The translations under genes and the position numbers were made by a program. Below the pieces are notes generated by a model. The model made no database searches. It was not told the origin of the DNA and saw only the letters and a list, made by a program, of their open reading frames with translations. Positions 28,651-38,691 of a DNA stretch of 64,000 bases are shown here, piece by piece. The stretch comes from Candidatus Saccharimonadales bacterium (GTDB lineage: Bacteria; Patescibacteriota; Saccharimonadia; Saccharimonadales; SZUA-47). Every line of letters starts with the position of its first letter. The first letter of the stretch is position 1. The stretch is from positions 56,761 through 120,760 of the forward strand of contig JBGSRU010000002.1 in the NCBI GenBank assembly GCA_041737385.1, given 5' to 3'.

Positions 28651-29529
28651 TTGATTGCAGACTCAAGTTATTTTACCTTTTTAGCGAGTATTTTTCAATC
28701 TGTTGTTATACTGAAAGGTAGTATGCATCTCAAAAAAATCTATATGCTTTCTGCGACGACGGCACAGTTTATCACGCGTATGGTGATATTTGCTGGAATA
28801 ATTTTTGGGTTTTATGTTTTATACAAATTGCTTCTTGAGCAAGCACTGGATGGCTCTAAGCAGATTATTCCAGTTTTACTGCTGTGGATTTTGTCTGCAT
28901 ATATAGTTGTCCCACGGATCCATAGGGTGCTGAACAAGTTTTATTTGCCTAATTATTTCGTTGGTCGAATCCGCAGTCCGAGCGGGTTTTTAAGTGATCC
29001 TGTCAATATTGCACTGATTGGACAAGAAAAAGATGTACATACGGCAATGCAAAAAGCTGGCTGGCAACGAGCAGATAAACTCACCCTAAAATCATTTCTG
29101 CGAGTAACCTACAGCGCGTTACTGGGAAAAAGTTATCCAAACGCACCAGTTGGCGATATGTTTTTGTTTAACCGCCCGTATGATTTTGCCTATCAAGTAG
29201 AAGTAAACGGTTCTCCCAACGAACGACATCACGTCAGGTTCTGGAAAACACCAAGTAAATGGTACTTGCCTGGCGGCTATACGTCTGACTGGCTTGGTGC
29301 TGCATCATATGACACACGAGTCGGTATAAAAATAGCCACAGGACAGATTGATCATTTTATCCACGAGAATGTTGATGAAGAGCGTGACTATCTCATAAAA
29401 ACATTACAAAAAAGCGGACTAACGAAAGGCGTTAAAATGGTTAAACATTTTACAAATGCCTACCATGATCGAAATAACGGCGGCGATAGAATTAAAACCG
29501 ATGGTTCGCTGCCATTTGTCACGTTGTAG
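28651..29529 (+). CDS. LssY C-terminal-domain-like membrane protein
   Basis: N-terminal TM helices, then SDPVNIALIGQEKDVHTAMQKAGWQRAD, which resembles the LssY_C family. The true start is probably an internal ATG (MHLKKIY). Confidence 0.45.
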   Translation: MIADSSYFTFLASIFQSVVILKGSMHLKKIYMLSATTAQFITRMVIFAGIIFGFYVLYKLLLEQALDGSKQIIPVLLLWILSAYIVVPRIHRVLNKFYLPNYFVGRIRSPSGFLSDPVNIALIGQEKDVHTAMQKAGWQRADKLTLKSFLRVTYSALLGKSYPNAPVGDMFLFNRPYDFAYQVEVNGSPNERHHVRFWKTPSKWYLPGGYTSDWLGAASYDTRVGIKIATGQIDHFIHENVDEERDYLIKTLQKSGLTKGVKMVKHFTNAYHDRNNGGDRIKTDGSLPFVTL

Positions 29530-29607
29530 AGGACCTTTTCTGGTATTCATGCCACCGCACTATATATATGCTTTCATCGATCCACTATGTGACGTACAAT
29601 ACTTCTT

Positions 29608-30531
29608 ATGCAAATTATCTATCACCGCACTATTCGTGACGAAAAAATTGAAGTTATAGAAAAGTCTAAACGTGGTAGCTGGATCCGAATAATCGATCCT
29701 GATCATCACGAGTTACAGCGCTTAGAGAAAGAGTATAATCTTGAAGCCGATCTCCTGGAAGATGGTATCGACCTATACGAAGCACCGCGTCTAGAGCGTG
29801 AAGACGGCAACATCTATATCTATGTGCGTTACTGTCGGCCCTCAGGAGAGCATACGAGTACTCATCCGCTGCTTATTATCCTCATGCCGGACAATGTCAT
29901 GACCGTGTCACGTATTGAGGCTGAGCCGCTAGAGAAGCTTGCGAATCGAGGAACACTGGTCACCACCCAGAAGGTTAAATTAATTTTAGAAATTCTCGGT
30001 GAGATCAACAAAGGCTACCGTTTGCACATCAATCAAGTTACCAAGCGAATCTTATCCACACGAAACAAACTTAAAAAAGCCGCTATTAGCAACACGGAAG
30101 TCCTCAACTTCATCGATATAGAAGAAGATCTCAATGAGTTCTTGGCAGCGCTTCAGCCATACGGCATAGTCTTGCAAGCGTTACTCAACGGAAAATATCT
30201 GAAGATGCATGAAAAAGACGAAGACCTCATAGAAGACCTGCAACTATCTGCAAGTGAGCTTGTTGAGCTCACAAAAAGCCGTCTAAAAACTATTCAGAAC
30301 ATCAGAGAAGCTTACAGTGCGATTGCGACAAACAACCTGAACCAGATATTCAAAAGATTAACGAGTATTGCTATTTTTATGTCGATACCAACTATCGTTG
30401 GCGGGTTTTACGGCATGAATGTCGCATTACCGTTCGACCACCATCCTTATGCTTTTTGGATTGTGAGTGGCATCACTATTACCGCGATGCTCGGTTTTGT
30501 GATCTACTTCCGACGCAAGAAGTGGTTGTAG
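29608..30531 (+). CDS. corA: CorA-family magnesium/cobalt transporter
   Basis: C-terminal two TM helices with the YGMN (GMN) signature. Confidence 0.85.
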   Translation: MQIIYHRTIRDEKIEVIEKSKRGSWIRIIDPDHHELQRLEKEYNLEADLLEDGIDLYEAPRLEREDGNIYIYVRYCRPSGEHTSTHPLLIILMPDNVMTVSRIEAEPLEKLANRGTLVTTQKVKLILEILGEINKGYRLHINQVTKRILSTRNKLKKAAISNTEVLNFIDIEEDLNEFLAALQPYGIVLQALLNGKYLKMHEKDEDLIEDLQLSASELVELTKSRLKTIQNIREAYSAIATNNLNQIFKRLTSIAIFMSIPTIVGGFYGMNVALPFDHHPYAFWIVSGITITAMLGFVIYFRRKKWL

Positions 30532-30547
30532 CTCTAATTACGAGTCG

Positions 30548-31000
30548 CTAAGAACAGTTAGGACACAACCCTCGCAGCTCTAAGCTATGTGAAGTTATCT
30601 TACTATCTAATGATTTTTCGAGTTTAGTAAATTCATTCAAGAGCGACTGTGATTCAAGGAAAGAAACGACGTTTCCGCAATTTGTACAGGTAAAATGATG
30701 ATGATGTGGGCTAAATTGATCACTGAGCTCGATCGAATACTTCCAGCCATTGTATACCCGCTTGGTTACCTTAATCTTTTCAAACAACTCTACTGTTCGA
30801 TAGACTGTCGATTTATTCATTGAGCCTTTTGTCTTTTTGACGAGCTCAGTAATGGTGCAGGGGGCATCTAGGCCTTTTAGTATCTCAAAAATCAAACTAC
30901 GTTCTTTGGTGTTGTTTAGTCTGTATGTATCTAAAGTAGCGTAGAAAAGTGGATCGTTCATTGCATGTATTGTAGCAATAATAGTAAATAATTGCGACAA
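30548..31000 (-). CDS. zur: Fur-family metalloregulator (probably Zur)
   Basis: Fur fold with HHHHFTCTNCG and CPNC; divergently paired with a ZIP transporter gene. Confidence 0.75.
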   Translation of the reverse strand: MSQLFTIIATIHAMNDPLFYATLDTYRLNNTKERSLIFEILKGLDAPCTITELVKKTKGSMNKSTVYRTVELFEKIKVTKRVYNGWKYSIELSDQFSPHHHHFTCTNCGNVVSFLESQSLLNEFTKLEKSLDSKITSHSLELRGLCPNCS

Positions 31001-31037
31001 AGTTGCAATTATTCAATCATATCTTTATGATTGATTT

Positions 31038-31898
31038 ATGATAAACGTTATATTTTTCTCACTAGTGGGCGGATTATTCTCGCTCGTAGGAGCTTTGGTT
31101 TTGTTTCGAGACAAAAAGCAAGCTTCTAAAATAGTTCAGTATGCAACACCTTTTGCAGCCGGTGTATTACTCGCAGCAGCATTTGCAGGTTTGCTGCCAG
31201 AAGCACTAGAACAAAACTCTAATACATCTGCAATTCTAACAACTACCTTAATTGCTTTCTTGACCTTCTTTTTCCTAGAGAGATTCTTGCAGGTATTTCA
31301 CCATCATCACGATCATGAAGATAGAAAGAAAAAAGCCTCAATTTCACTTATTATTATCGGCGATACGCTTCATAATGCACTAGACGGTGTTGCTATTGGT
31401 GCTGCATTTCTGGTCAGTCCTGCTACGGGTATTGTTGCTGCAATTGCCGTTGCCTTGCATGAAATTCCTCAAGAAATTGGTGATTTTGGACTACTGCTTA
31501 AGAACGGATTGAAGCGCAAAAAAGTAGTACTAGTAAACGTCTTGAGTGCGCTAGCTACAACAATTACTGCCGTAGCTGTATATGGCTTCGGTAATGCTGA
31601 GAGCTTCCTCATACCCTACGTTTTAGCAATTACCGCGGGCTTCTTTATCTATATAGCCGCAAGTGATATCGTTCCTGAATTACACGAAAAATCTAAGTCT
31701 AAGTTTGATTTAAGGCCGTGGTTTCTACTGTTTGGAGCCGTGTTGATAATGATTATTTCTCCAATAGCACATAAATATATCGACGCTGGTCACGATGATG
31801 AACACAGCTCAGAGCTTCATAATGAGGCAGATGATCATGGATACGAGTACAGCGACAAAGATTCTCACATGCAAGATGACGATCATTACGACGAATAA
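31038..31898 (+). CDS. ZIP-family zinc/metal transporter (ZupT-like)
   Basis: HNALDGVAIGAAF and HEIPQEIGDFGLL motifs; His-rich loop HHHHDHED. Confidence 0.8.
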   Translation: MINVIFFSLVGGLFSLVGALVLFRDKKQASKIVQYATPFAAGVLLAAAFAGLLPEALEQNSNTSAILTTTLIAFLTFFFLERFLQVFHHHHDHEDRKKKASISLIIIGDTLHNALDGVAIGAAFLVSPATGIVAAIAVALHEIPQEIGDFGLLLKNGLKRKKVVLVNVLSALATTITAVAVYGFGNAESFLIPYVLAITAGFFIYIAASDIVPELHEKSKSKFDLRPWFLLFGAVLIMIISPIAHKYIDAGHDDEHSSELHNEADDHGYEYSDKDSHMQDDDHYDE

Positions 31899-31913
31899 GC
31901 TACAATAAAGGTT

Positions 31914-32969
31914 ATGGATATTGTAATTATTGGACTGTTGTCCGCAAACGCTTTGCTTGTGTTGTATCTGGTTACTCGGTCTCAACAAAAAAAGCCTAAT
32001 AATGAATCAAGTATATTGCAGCAGAATCTAAACCATTTATCTGATAACATCACCAAACTGCAAGAATCACTACGTATACAGATAGACACTAAACTTGATA
32101 AAAACCAAGAGAGTATGACGCGTCAGCTGTCAGCTAGTGCAAAGTTAGTACAAGACGTTACAGCTCGTTTAACAAAGCTTGACGATACGAACAGGCGAGT
32201 TGTTGATGTTGCAGATGAGTTGAAGCAACTACAGAACGTATTACAGAATCCAAAGCAACGAGGAGTCTTAGGGGAATTTTATCTCGAGCAGATATTACAG
32301 AATCTATTGCCGCCTAGTTCTTATAGTCTGCAGCACAAACTAGCAGATGGACTTATAGTTGATGCTGTGATTCACCTCGATGGCAAGCTACTCCCGATAG
32401 ATAGTAAGTTCAGCCTAGAAAATTATAATCGATTGGTTGAAGCCAAGGGTGAGGAACGGGATGCATTTGGAAAAGTGTTCAAGGAAGATCTAAAGAAACG
32501 GATTGACGAAACGGCAAAATATATTCAGCCGAAAAAGGGGACACTTGATCAGGCGTTGATGTTTATCCCATCAGAAGCAATTTATTACGATTTACTTGCA
32601 AATAAAGTAGGTGCGAGTGGCGTGTCAGGACGTGACCTGATGCAATATGCTGCTGTTGAGAAGCGAGTGGTGATTGTTGGGCCGAGCACGCTTAGCGCGA
32701 TGATGCAGGTGATTGTGCAAGGACTAAAGAGCCTAGAAATCCAAAAAGACACCGAAGTGATACGTAAGAACATCGAACAACTGCAAAAACATTTACTCGC
32801 TTACAATACTTATTTTGGAAAAGTGGGAAATTCGTTAGGGGCAACTGTAGGGCATTACAACAGTGCATCTAAAGAACTCGGTAAAATCGATAAAGACATC
32901 GTCAAAATCGGCGGCGGCGAAACGGTGCTTTACGTAGAAGAAGTTGAAAGACCGCAGTTTAAAGAATAG
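31914..32969 (+). CDS. rmuC: DNA recombination protein RmuC
   Basis: N-terminal TM helix, long coiled coil, and the RmuC blocks LPIDSKF and ALMFIPSEAIY. Confidence 0.75.
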   Translation: MDIVIIGLLSANALLVLYLVTRSQQKKPNNESSILQQNLNHLSDNITKLQESLRIQIDTKLDKNQESMTRQLSASAKLVQDVTARLTKLDDTNRRVVDVADELKQLQNVLQNPKQRGVLGEFYLEQILQNLLPPSSYSLQHKLADGLIVDAVIHLDGKLLPIDSKFSLENYNRLVEAKGEERDAFGKVFKEDLKKRIDETAKYIQPKKGTLDQALMFIPSEAIYYDLLANKVGASGVSGRDLMQYAAVEKRVVIVGPSTLSAMMQVIVQGLKSLEIQKDTEVIRKNIEQLQKHLLAYNTYFGKVGNSLGATVGHYNSASKELGKIDKDIVKIGGGETVLYVEEVERPQFKE

Positions 32970-33005
32970 ACTATTTGCTGTTAGTAGTATATAATATAGT
33001 TATTA

Positions 33006-33608
33006 ATGATTAAAATTAACAGATTTTCTGTTGCTGAAGTTGGTTTTGAAAGTGCTAGTGTGGCACTTGTTGCTTTACAAGATGGAGATGCTCCTTTTCA
33101 GCTCTATGATGATCTACATTGTGAAATTGAATCATTGGGTCCGATTGATTCTAAAGAAAAGCGAGATCAAGCAAATTCTATAGCTTTGATCGCTACCGAA
33201 AGAAACCTTGGATTATTAGGAAAGAGTGTCGGTGTTGGTGGTCACGTTGTATCCATCGGACATAGATCAGTTCCAGTTATGGAAATGGTTAAAAGTGAGC
33301 TGACATTCATCGCAGACATAGGTGAGCATATTGATGACAATCGTATGCGTGAAAGTGCCGTTGTCCTGGCACATCTTAGTTTAAGTGGTTTCGGTCGCTC
33401 AAGATTTGCAAGTGCTAAAAAGACGCACCTAGGAGACAAATATTCGCACCAAGCAGAAAGTTGGACTCATATCGGCTATGTCAGTCCAGCCGTTTTTAGC
33501 TTTTTCCTAGTTGAAGGCACACAAGACATCCCACCACATGTGCATCAATTTGACACATTATCTAGAATTAGACAATTTACTGGATATGCATTCACTGACA
33601 TTGTTTAG
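33006..33608 (+). CDS. Hypothetical protein (200 aa)
   Basis: Only long ORF in this interval; TATAAT-like box at ~32989; no family recognised. Confidence 0.35.
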   Translation: MIKINRFSVAEVGFESASVALVALQDGDAPFQLYDDLHCEIESLGPIDSKEKRDQANSIALIATERNLGLLGKSVGVGGHVVSIGHRSVPVMEMVKSELTFIADIGEHIDDNRMRESAVVLAHLSLSGFGRSRFASAKKTHLGDKYSHQAESWTHIGYVSPAVFSFFLVEGTQDIPPHVHQFDTLSRIRQFTGYAFTDIV

Positions 33609-33985
33609 TTTAGTGAAATTTTGGTATAGTCTGTTCCGTCATCTAGCTCTGCTGATAGTTCGTATTTCAGGCAACCTATCGCGGTACATCCTTCCGGGCT
33701 GTAGGTGTATTCACTGCCCGAGTCGTTAATCTTTATACCGTTTTCATCGAAGAGTGCTTCTTTGTCGAGGCCGGGGAGTTTTTCTTCATAGTTAGTGCTG
33801 AGTTCAGCTGGTGTTGGATACTCGCCGTATTCGTTATAATGTTCTTCTAGTTTTTGGTATATCGAGTTGATATCGTTTTTTCGTACGGTATCGCTCGCTT
33901 TGGACTGCGCGCCACTGTAATTAGACAATAATAGTGAAGGGAACAGCCCAAATATAAATGCAAAAAATGCTAAAAGTATGCTCAT
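33605..33985 (-). CDS. Small secreted/membrane-anchored hypothetical protein
   Basis: N-terminal signal/TM segment (ILLAFFAFIFGLFPSLLL); its start overlaps the stop of the upstream glycosidase (ATGA), so the two are co-transcribed. Confidence 0.5.
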   Translation of the reverse strand: MSILLAFFAFIFGLFPSLLLSNYSGAQSKASDTVRKNDINSIYQKLEEHYNEYGEYPTPAELSTNYEEKLPGLDKEALFDENGIKINDSGSEYTYSPEGCTAIGCLKYELSAELDDGTDYTKISLN

Positions 33986-35340
33986 GAATTATCTTCTTTC
34001 TTGTTAGTGTTTTGTATCATTTCAATTATGAGAGCGGCCGTCCATGAGAAGTTCTTTGCGCCGGCTGGCTTGCCACTTTTGGCTGAAAAATACTCAAATG
34101 GCCCGTGCAATTTTACCATTTCTACACTGCGATCAATGATCTCCTCGGCCTCTTTATGATAGCCATATCTCTTGAGACCGTCTGCTATCATCCAGTTCGT
34201 ATTTATCCACGTCGGTCCTTGCCAATATTTGTACTCGCTGTACCAACTACTATTTACCGGCACACTAGGAACAGGGTATTTTGTGCCAAACTGACTTGGC
34301 GCTTTCAGCAGTTTGACGAGCTCATCCGCTCGCTCTTTGTCGACAGTTCCTGCATATAACGGCATGAGCGTCGCGAGACTGGCTTCTTTCACGAGTTTGT
34401 GTGTGATAAACGTCCGTGAAAAGTATTGTTTGTAGAAGCCATCCCACAAACTCTCAATTGCTTCTTCTGATTTTTTCATGCTAACCGTTAATGCTTCAGG
34501 TAATTCATGGCCGATAGTTTTGGCAATGTCCCCCAGATGGCTATTTGCTCGTATAAAAATACAGTTGTATGTTAGGTCTTGGAAGGTAAAATGCGAACGA
34601 GATAATATTTTGTCGATATCCCAGTTTTTACGCTTGAGCCGTTGGATAATAGTAAAATAAAGTAGCGCATCGATATTGCTCACTCTCTGTCCTGGCGGCA
34701 CATGTATGGTGTCGCGTCTGAATAGAACGGCTACTTTATCAAGCTTTAGTTTCTCAACGACGTATACCCAAGTTGGCTTACTGTGTGTATGCAGCTGATC
34801 AATCCATGGAGGTGAGTTATCAAGCCCAGATTCCCACGGATGAATAAGTAAAACAAGACCTTCGTTGTGTGGATCGCGTTCTTTATATAGCCACTCATGA
34901 TAGGCAACTAAAGCAGGGTACATGTCTTGGTACCAGCTACGTCTGTCCGTTTTATTTAGTTTCGCGCCGATACGCACAACTGCCTCAGCTAGCATAGGTG
35001 GTTGGGTTATGCCGCTGGTTGAAAGATGGTCTGGTGCAAATGGGTTGCGCCATGATTGCCAAATGTTACGGTCTTGTTTGTGCGCATCTCCATCAGCAAA
35101 AATCATGTTCGGCAGCATGCCGTTACTCCACTGTCCACGAAGTAAACTACGCAGTTCGTTTTGAGCGCGAGCTACGTCGTATTCAGCGATTCCGATAGCG
35201 ATAAAACAACTGTCCCATAGCCACTGGTGTGGGTATAATCCTTCAGCTGGAATTGTATAGTCGCCGCGTTGGTTCGTTTCTAATACCTGCTTACACCCTG
35301 CAAGAACTTCATCAGATGTAGGTAGGGAAGTCTCAATCAT
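33982..35340 (-). CDS. GH63-like (alpha/alpha)6-toroid glycoside hydrolase (glucosyl/mannosyl-glycerate hydrolase-like)
   Basis: LYPHQWLWDSCFIAIG and the overall ~450-aa GH63/MGH architecture. Confidence 0.55.
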   Translation of the reverse strand: MIETSLPTSDEVLAGCKQVLETNQRGDYTIPAEGLYPHQWLWDSCFIAIGIAEYDVARAQNELRSLLRGQWSNGMLPNMIFADGDAHKQDRNIWQSWRNPFAPDHLSTSGITQPPMLAEAVVRIGAKLNKTDRRSWYQDMYPALVAYHEWLYKERDPHNEGLVLLIHPWESGLDNSPPWIDQLHTHSKPTWVYVVEKLKLDKVAVLFRRDTIHVPPGQRVSNIDALLYFTIIQRLKRKNWDIDKILSRSHFTFQDLTYNCIFIRANSHLGDIAKTIGHELPEALTVSMKKSEEAIESLWDGFYKQYFSRTFITHKLVKEASLATLMPLYAGTVDKERADELVKLLKAPSQFGTKYPVPSVPVNSSWYSEYKYWQGPTWINTNWMIADGLKRYGYHKEAEEIIDRSVEMVKLHGPFEYFSAKSGKPAGAKNFSWTAALIIEMIQNTNKKEDNS

Positions 35341-35395
35341 TATGATTAGTATAGAGAACTGAAGGAAATTGGTAAAGCTTAGACTAAATTACCTA

Positions 35396-35890
35396 TTAGC
35401 GGAAGTTCGTGAAGACTAGTGGGAAGTCGAAGTCTTTAGACTGTATGAGCTGCATTGCCTGCTGCAGTTCGTCTTTTTTGGGACTCATGACACGTATGCC
35501 GTCACCTTGAATTTGGGCCTTAATCTTGGGCATTTCTTCTTTTAGCAGTTTCGTAATTTTTTTTGCATCGTCTTGGCTTAAGCCATTTTTGAGTGGTACT
35601 TGCCATATCATTCGCAGGTTAGTGGTTTCAGGCTCTTTAGATACATCAAATGTTTTTTGACTTACTCCGCGAGTAGCAGCTTTTTTCCGTAGTAGATCAA
35701 TCACTGCATCTAGGTGAAACTGTATATCGCCATAAATCTTTAGACTCTTTTTGTCGTCAATCCATTCAAGCGCTGTATGTGTTCCTTTGAGATCATATCG
35801 GTTACCGAGCTCTTTCTGAACCTGGTCGTAAACGTTGTTCATCTCGCCAATGTCGTAAGTAGATTCTATATCAAAACTAAATTGTGCCAT
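35396..35890 (-). CDS. yajQ: YajQ-family (UPF0234) nucleotide/c-di-GMP-binding protein
   Basis: MAQFSFDIES...KAQIQGDGIRVMSPKKDELQQAMQLIQ...FDFPLVFTNFR aligns end to end with E. coli YajQ (MPSFDIVSEV...[20 protein letters not shown]...QFKNFR). The 280-aa ORF in the track is a read-through extension upstream of this start. Confidence 0.85.
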   Translation of the reverse strand: MAQFSFDIESTYDIGEMNNVYDQVQKELGNRYDLKGTHTALEWIDDKKSLKIYGDIQFHLDAVIDLLRKKAATRGVSQKTFDVSKEPETTNLRMIWQVPLKNGLSQDDAKKITKLLKEEMPKIKAQIQGDGIRVMSPKKDELQQAMQLIQSKDFDFPLVFTNFR

Positions 35891-35907
35891 GAGAATAGTA
35901 TAGAGCA

Positions 35908-35936
35908 TAGACACAAATATTAAAAAGTTGTATAAT
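35908..35936 (+). promoter_or_regulatory. Sigma-70-type promoter TAGACA-17-TATAAT; the ATG is 10 nt downstream (leaderless or near-leaderless)
   Basis: TAGACA (35908-35913), 17-nt spacer, TATAAT (35931-35936), ATG at 35946. Confidence 0.45.
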
Positions 35937-35945
35937 ATTATAACT

Positions 35946-36752
35946 ATGAAGCGAAATTTAGTTCTACCTGGATTTGAAAGAGACCCGATTATAGAATGTG
36001 TACAAGCACGTGACATGGGGCAAGCTCCACAATCACTTATCGATTTCACCGAAGGTTTTAGAACGGGATCATTCGGTGTAGATGCAAGAGATCCAATTGC
36101 TAGAGCCGTGCTGCACGGCTCATTTGAAGCTGAACCAGTAGAAATAGAGATTAATCGAGAAGAAAGAAGTGCTCTTGATGACGCGCACCAACTATTAGTC
36201 GATGAAACAGAGAATAAATTATCTGAAGATTTTAGCATTGAGGTTCAGCGCACGACTTTGCATCCTGGGGAACGTGCTCTTTGGAAGCAAGCACAAGGTT
36301 GGCACGTAGACATCACTCAAATCGACATGACTCACAGCCCAGTGCTCACACTACCATTAGGCGTCGGAACAGACGAAGTAGTCGGAACCGTAAATATGAT
36401 AGATGTGTATAGGTCACTTAGTAGAGTTGGGAGATCCATAATTTCTGACAACATCGAAAAACGTAGAAAAATTATGATTCCTGAACGAGCTTGGATTGTT
36501 CGCCAAAAAGCAGCAACTGCTGCAGTCGTGCTAGAACAATATTCGATAGAGCATGATGACACACTTCCTTATGGTCTCGTTGTGAATAAGCTCCCAGCAG
36601 GCCATATACTCCTACTCGCAGGCGTTGCAGTTATTCACCGAAGTTCTACCAATGAAACACAAGCCCCAATTGTCAAGTCACACCTGCACGTTTGGCCACA
36701 TGAAACACTTAAAGAAAAGCGCCGAAGGTTGACGCAATTCGTAGCTTCATAA
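35946..36752 (+). CDS. Hypothetical protein (268 aa)
   Basis: The long ORF in the track begins at TTG 35928; the ATG at 35946 follows the promoter. No family recognised. Confidence 0.4.
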   Translation: MKRNLVLPGFERDPIIECVQARDMGQAPQSLIDFTEGFRTGSFGVDARDPIARAVLHGSFEAEPVEIEINREERSALDDAHQLLVDETENKLSEDFSIEVQRTTLHPGERALWKQAQGWHVDITQIDMTHSPVLTLPLGVGTDEVVGTVNMIDVYRSLSRVGRSIISDNIEKRRKIMIPERAWIVRQKAATAAVVLEQYSIEHDDTLPYGLVVNKLPAGHILLLAGVAVIHRSSTNETQAPIVKSHLHVWPHETLKEKRRRLTQFVAS

Positions 36753-36879
36753 ACTGAAAGAAGTTGCACCTCTGTTTAAATAAGCGTACAATACTGCCTA
36801 TGCTAGGCATTACTATCTCTCAATAACTCTTTTCAGCGATCGTAATGCTGAAATTTTGATAACTAAAAGGTAATGCATA

Positions 36880-38664
36880 ATGAAAAAATACAAAATTTAC
36901 AGTGAAGATTTTATGCCGCGAAATACAACGGAGCTACTTCGCTTTGCCGTTAGACCGTATAAGTTTAAGTACTTAGCTTTTTTTGGCTTAACTTTTCTTG
37001 GTGTTTTCTGCTGGAATGCATCGTCGTATGTCGCAAGTTTACTCATTAATAATTTATCAGAAACTAGTAGTGTTGGTAGCAAGGCGTGGCAGCTAGTCGC
37101 TGTATTTGCGTTTTTTAGGTTTTTTGATGAAATATTCTGGCGAATTGGTGAAATTGTAATGAGAAATATTAAGCCTCAAACAGTCGAAAGAGTGCGAGCC
37201 TCTTTGTTCGCAAAAGTAAGCATGCATGAACATTCATTTTTTGTTAATTCGAGTAGCGGTAAAATTGCTCACTGGGTAAACCAACTAGCGGTTTCAACTG
37301 ATATGATAATAAACAATACAGTATGGGGTGCTTGGGGCGAACTTTTGGGACTTGTATTATCGGCCGGATTTTTGCTAACAGTTCACTGGTCTCTTGCGCT
37401 ATTGTTTTCAGTTTGGCTCATTTTATTGTTTTGGTACAACTCATACAGAGGAAAACAGTTTGAAAAATTAATATCGCTCGAAAGCGAAGAAAAAACTATT
37501 GCGTCGGGTTTGATAGTTGATGCGGTTGCAAATAGTCAGAACATGCGCGTTTTTAACGCAAGACGCTCAGAACAACAAAACTTGATGAAGCAACAAGATG
37601 TTATTGTGGGTGCTTGGCGACGTTCTTGGAGATTCTCAATATTTACAAATGTAGTTAAAGGCCAAAGTACTGCGGTTGTTAATATTTTTGCGCTTTGTTT
37701 GGCTGTAATAATGTTTTCGAGAGGAATTATTCCTATAGGTGGACTTGTGCTTTTTATTGCGTATTTCAACAGCGCAAGTAGTGCGTTATGGAATTTAGCA
37801 TGGAATTTTGACGAATATTACAGACAGTTTGGGACAGTACAAAATGCAATTGACGGCCTGAAAGGTATAGACGAAAGAAAAGTAGAAGAATCTAGTAGAA
37901 TTAAAATTCCAAACAAAGTAAGACTTGAGTTGAAAAATATAAGCTTTGCCTACCCAGAGCAACCTAAGGTACATGTACTTAAAAAGTTGCATCTTAAAAT
38001 TGAATCAGGTCAAAAAGTTGGAATAGTTGGGCACAGCGGTGCTGGAAAAAGCACCTTAATTGGATTAATCCTTGGGTTTTATGAACCAATTGAAGGCGAA
38101 ATTGTTGTAAATAATGAAAATACGCTAATGCACGACCCATCGTACATACGTGCATTGAGTGCATATGTCCCACAAGACACGACAATGTTTAATAGAAGCG
38201 TGCGTGAGAATGTTGCCTACTCTAGGCCGAACGCTACTGAAGCAGAGGTTATTGAATCGTTGAAGCTTGCTGAGGCGCTTGAGTTTGTAGAGAATTTAGA
38301 AAATGGCCTAGACACAATCGTTGGCGAGCGAGGCGTTAAGTTATCTGGTGGTCAACGACAAAGAATAGCGATAGCTAGAGCTATATTGAAAGATGCACCT
38401 CTGTTGCTACTAGACGAAGCGACAAGTGCGCTTGATAGTGTTAGCGAACAAGCGATACAGAAGGCGCTACATGAGCTGATGAAAGGCCGCACTGCAATAG
38501 TGATTGCTCATAGACTATCTACGCTCAAACATCTCGACAAGATTGTAGTAGTTGAAAAAGGTGAAATTGCAGAACAAGGTACGCACGACGAACTATTAAA
38601 AATTAAAAATGGTGTCTATGCAGATTTATGGAAGCGTCAAAAAGATGGATTCATCGTCGAATAA
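36880..38664 (+). CDS. ABC exporter, fused permease/ATPase (MsbA-like)
   Basis: Six-TM N-terminal domain; Walker A GHSGAGKST; signature LSGGQRQRIAIARA; Walker B LLLLDEATSALD. A TTGCAC-17-TACAAT promoter lies ~100 nt upstream. Confidence 0.85.
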   Translation: MKKYKIYSEDFMPRNTTELLRFAVRPYKFKYLAFFGLTFLGVFCWNASSYVASLLINNLSETSSVGSKAWQLVAVFAFFRFFDEIFWRIGEIVMRNIKPQTVERVRASLFAKVSMHEHSFFVNSSSGKIAHWVNQLAVSTDMIINNTVWGAWGELLGLVLSAGFLLTVHWSLALLFSVWLILLFWYNSYRGKQFEKLISLESEEKTIASGLIVDAVANSQNMRVFNARRSEQQNLMKQQDVIVGAWRRSWRFSIFTNVVKGQSTAVVNIFALCLAVIMFSRGIIPIGGLVLFIAYFNSASSALWNLAWNFDEYYRQFGTVQNAIDGLKGIDERKVEESSRIKIPNKVRLELKNISFAYPEQPKVHVLKKLHLKIESGQKVGIVGHSGAGKSTLIGLILGFYEPIEGEIVVNNENTLMHDPSYIRALSAYVPQDTTMFNRSVRENVAYSRPNATEAEVIESLKLAEALEFVENLENGLDTIVGERGVKLSGGQRQRIAIARAILKDAPLLLLDEATSALDSVSEQAIQKALHELMKGRTAIVIAHRLSTLKHLDKIVVVEKGEIAEQGTHDELLKIKNGVYADLWKRQKDGFIVE

Positions 38665-38691
38665 AAAGTAGAAAAATAACGAGAGAAATTA

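Noticed and set aside
35891-36238. Upstream 116 codons of the 280-aa minus-strand ORF containing yajQ
   Set aside because: YajQ homology starts exactly at MAQFSFDIE (35890). The extension merely lacks a stop and overlaps a plus-strand gene with its own promoter.
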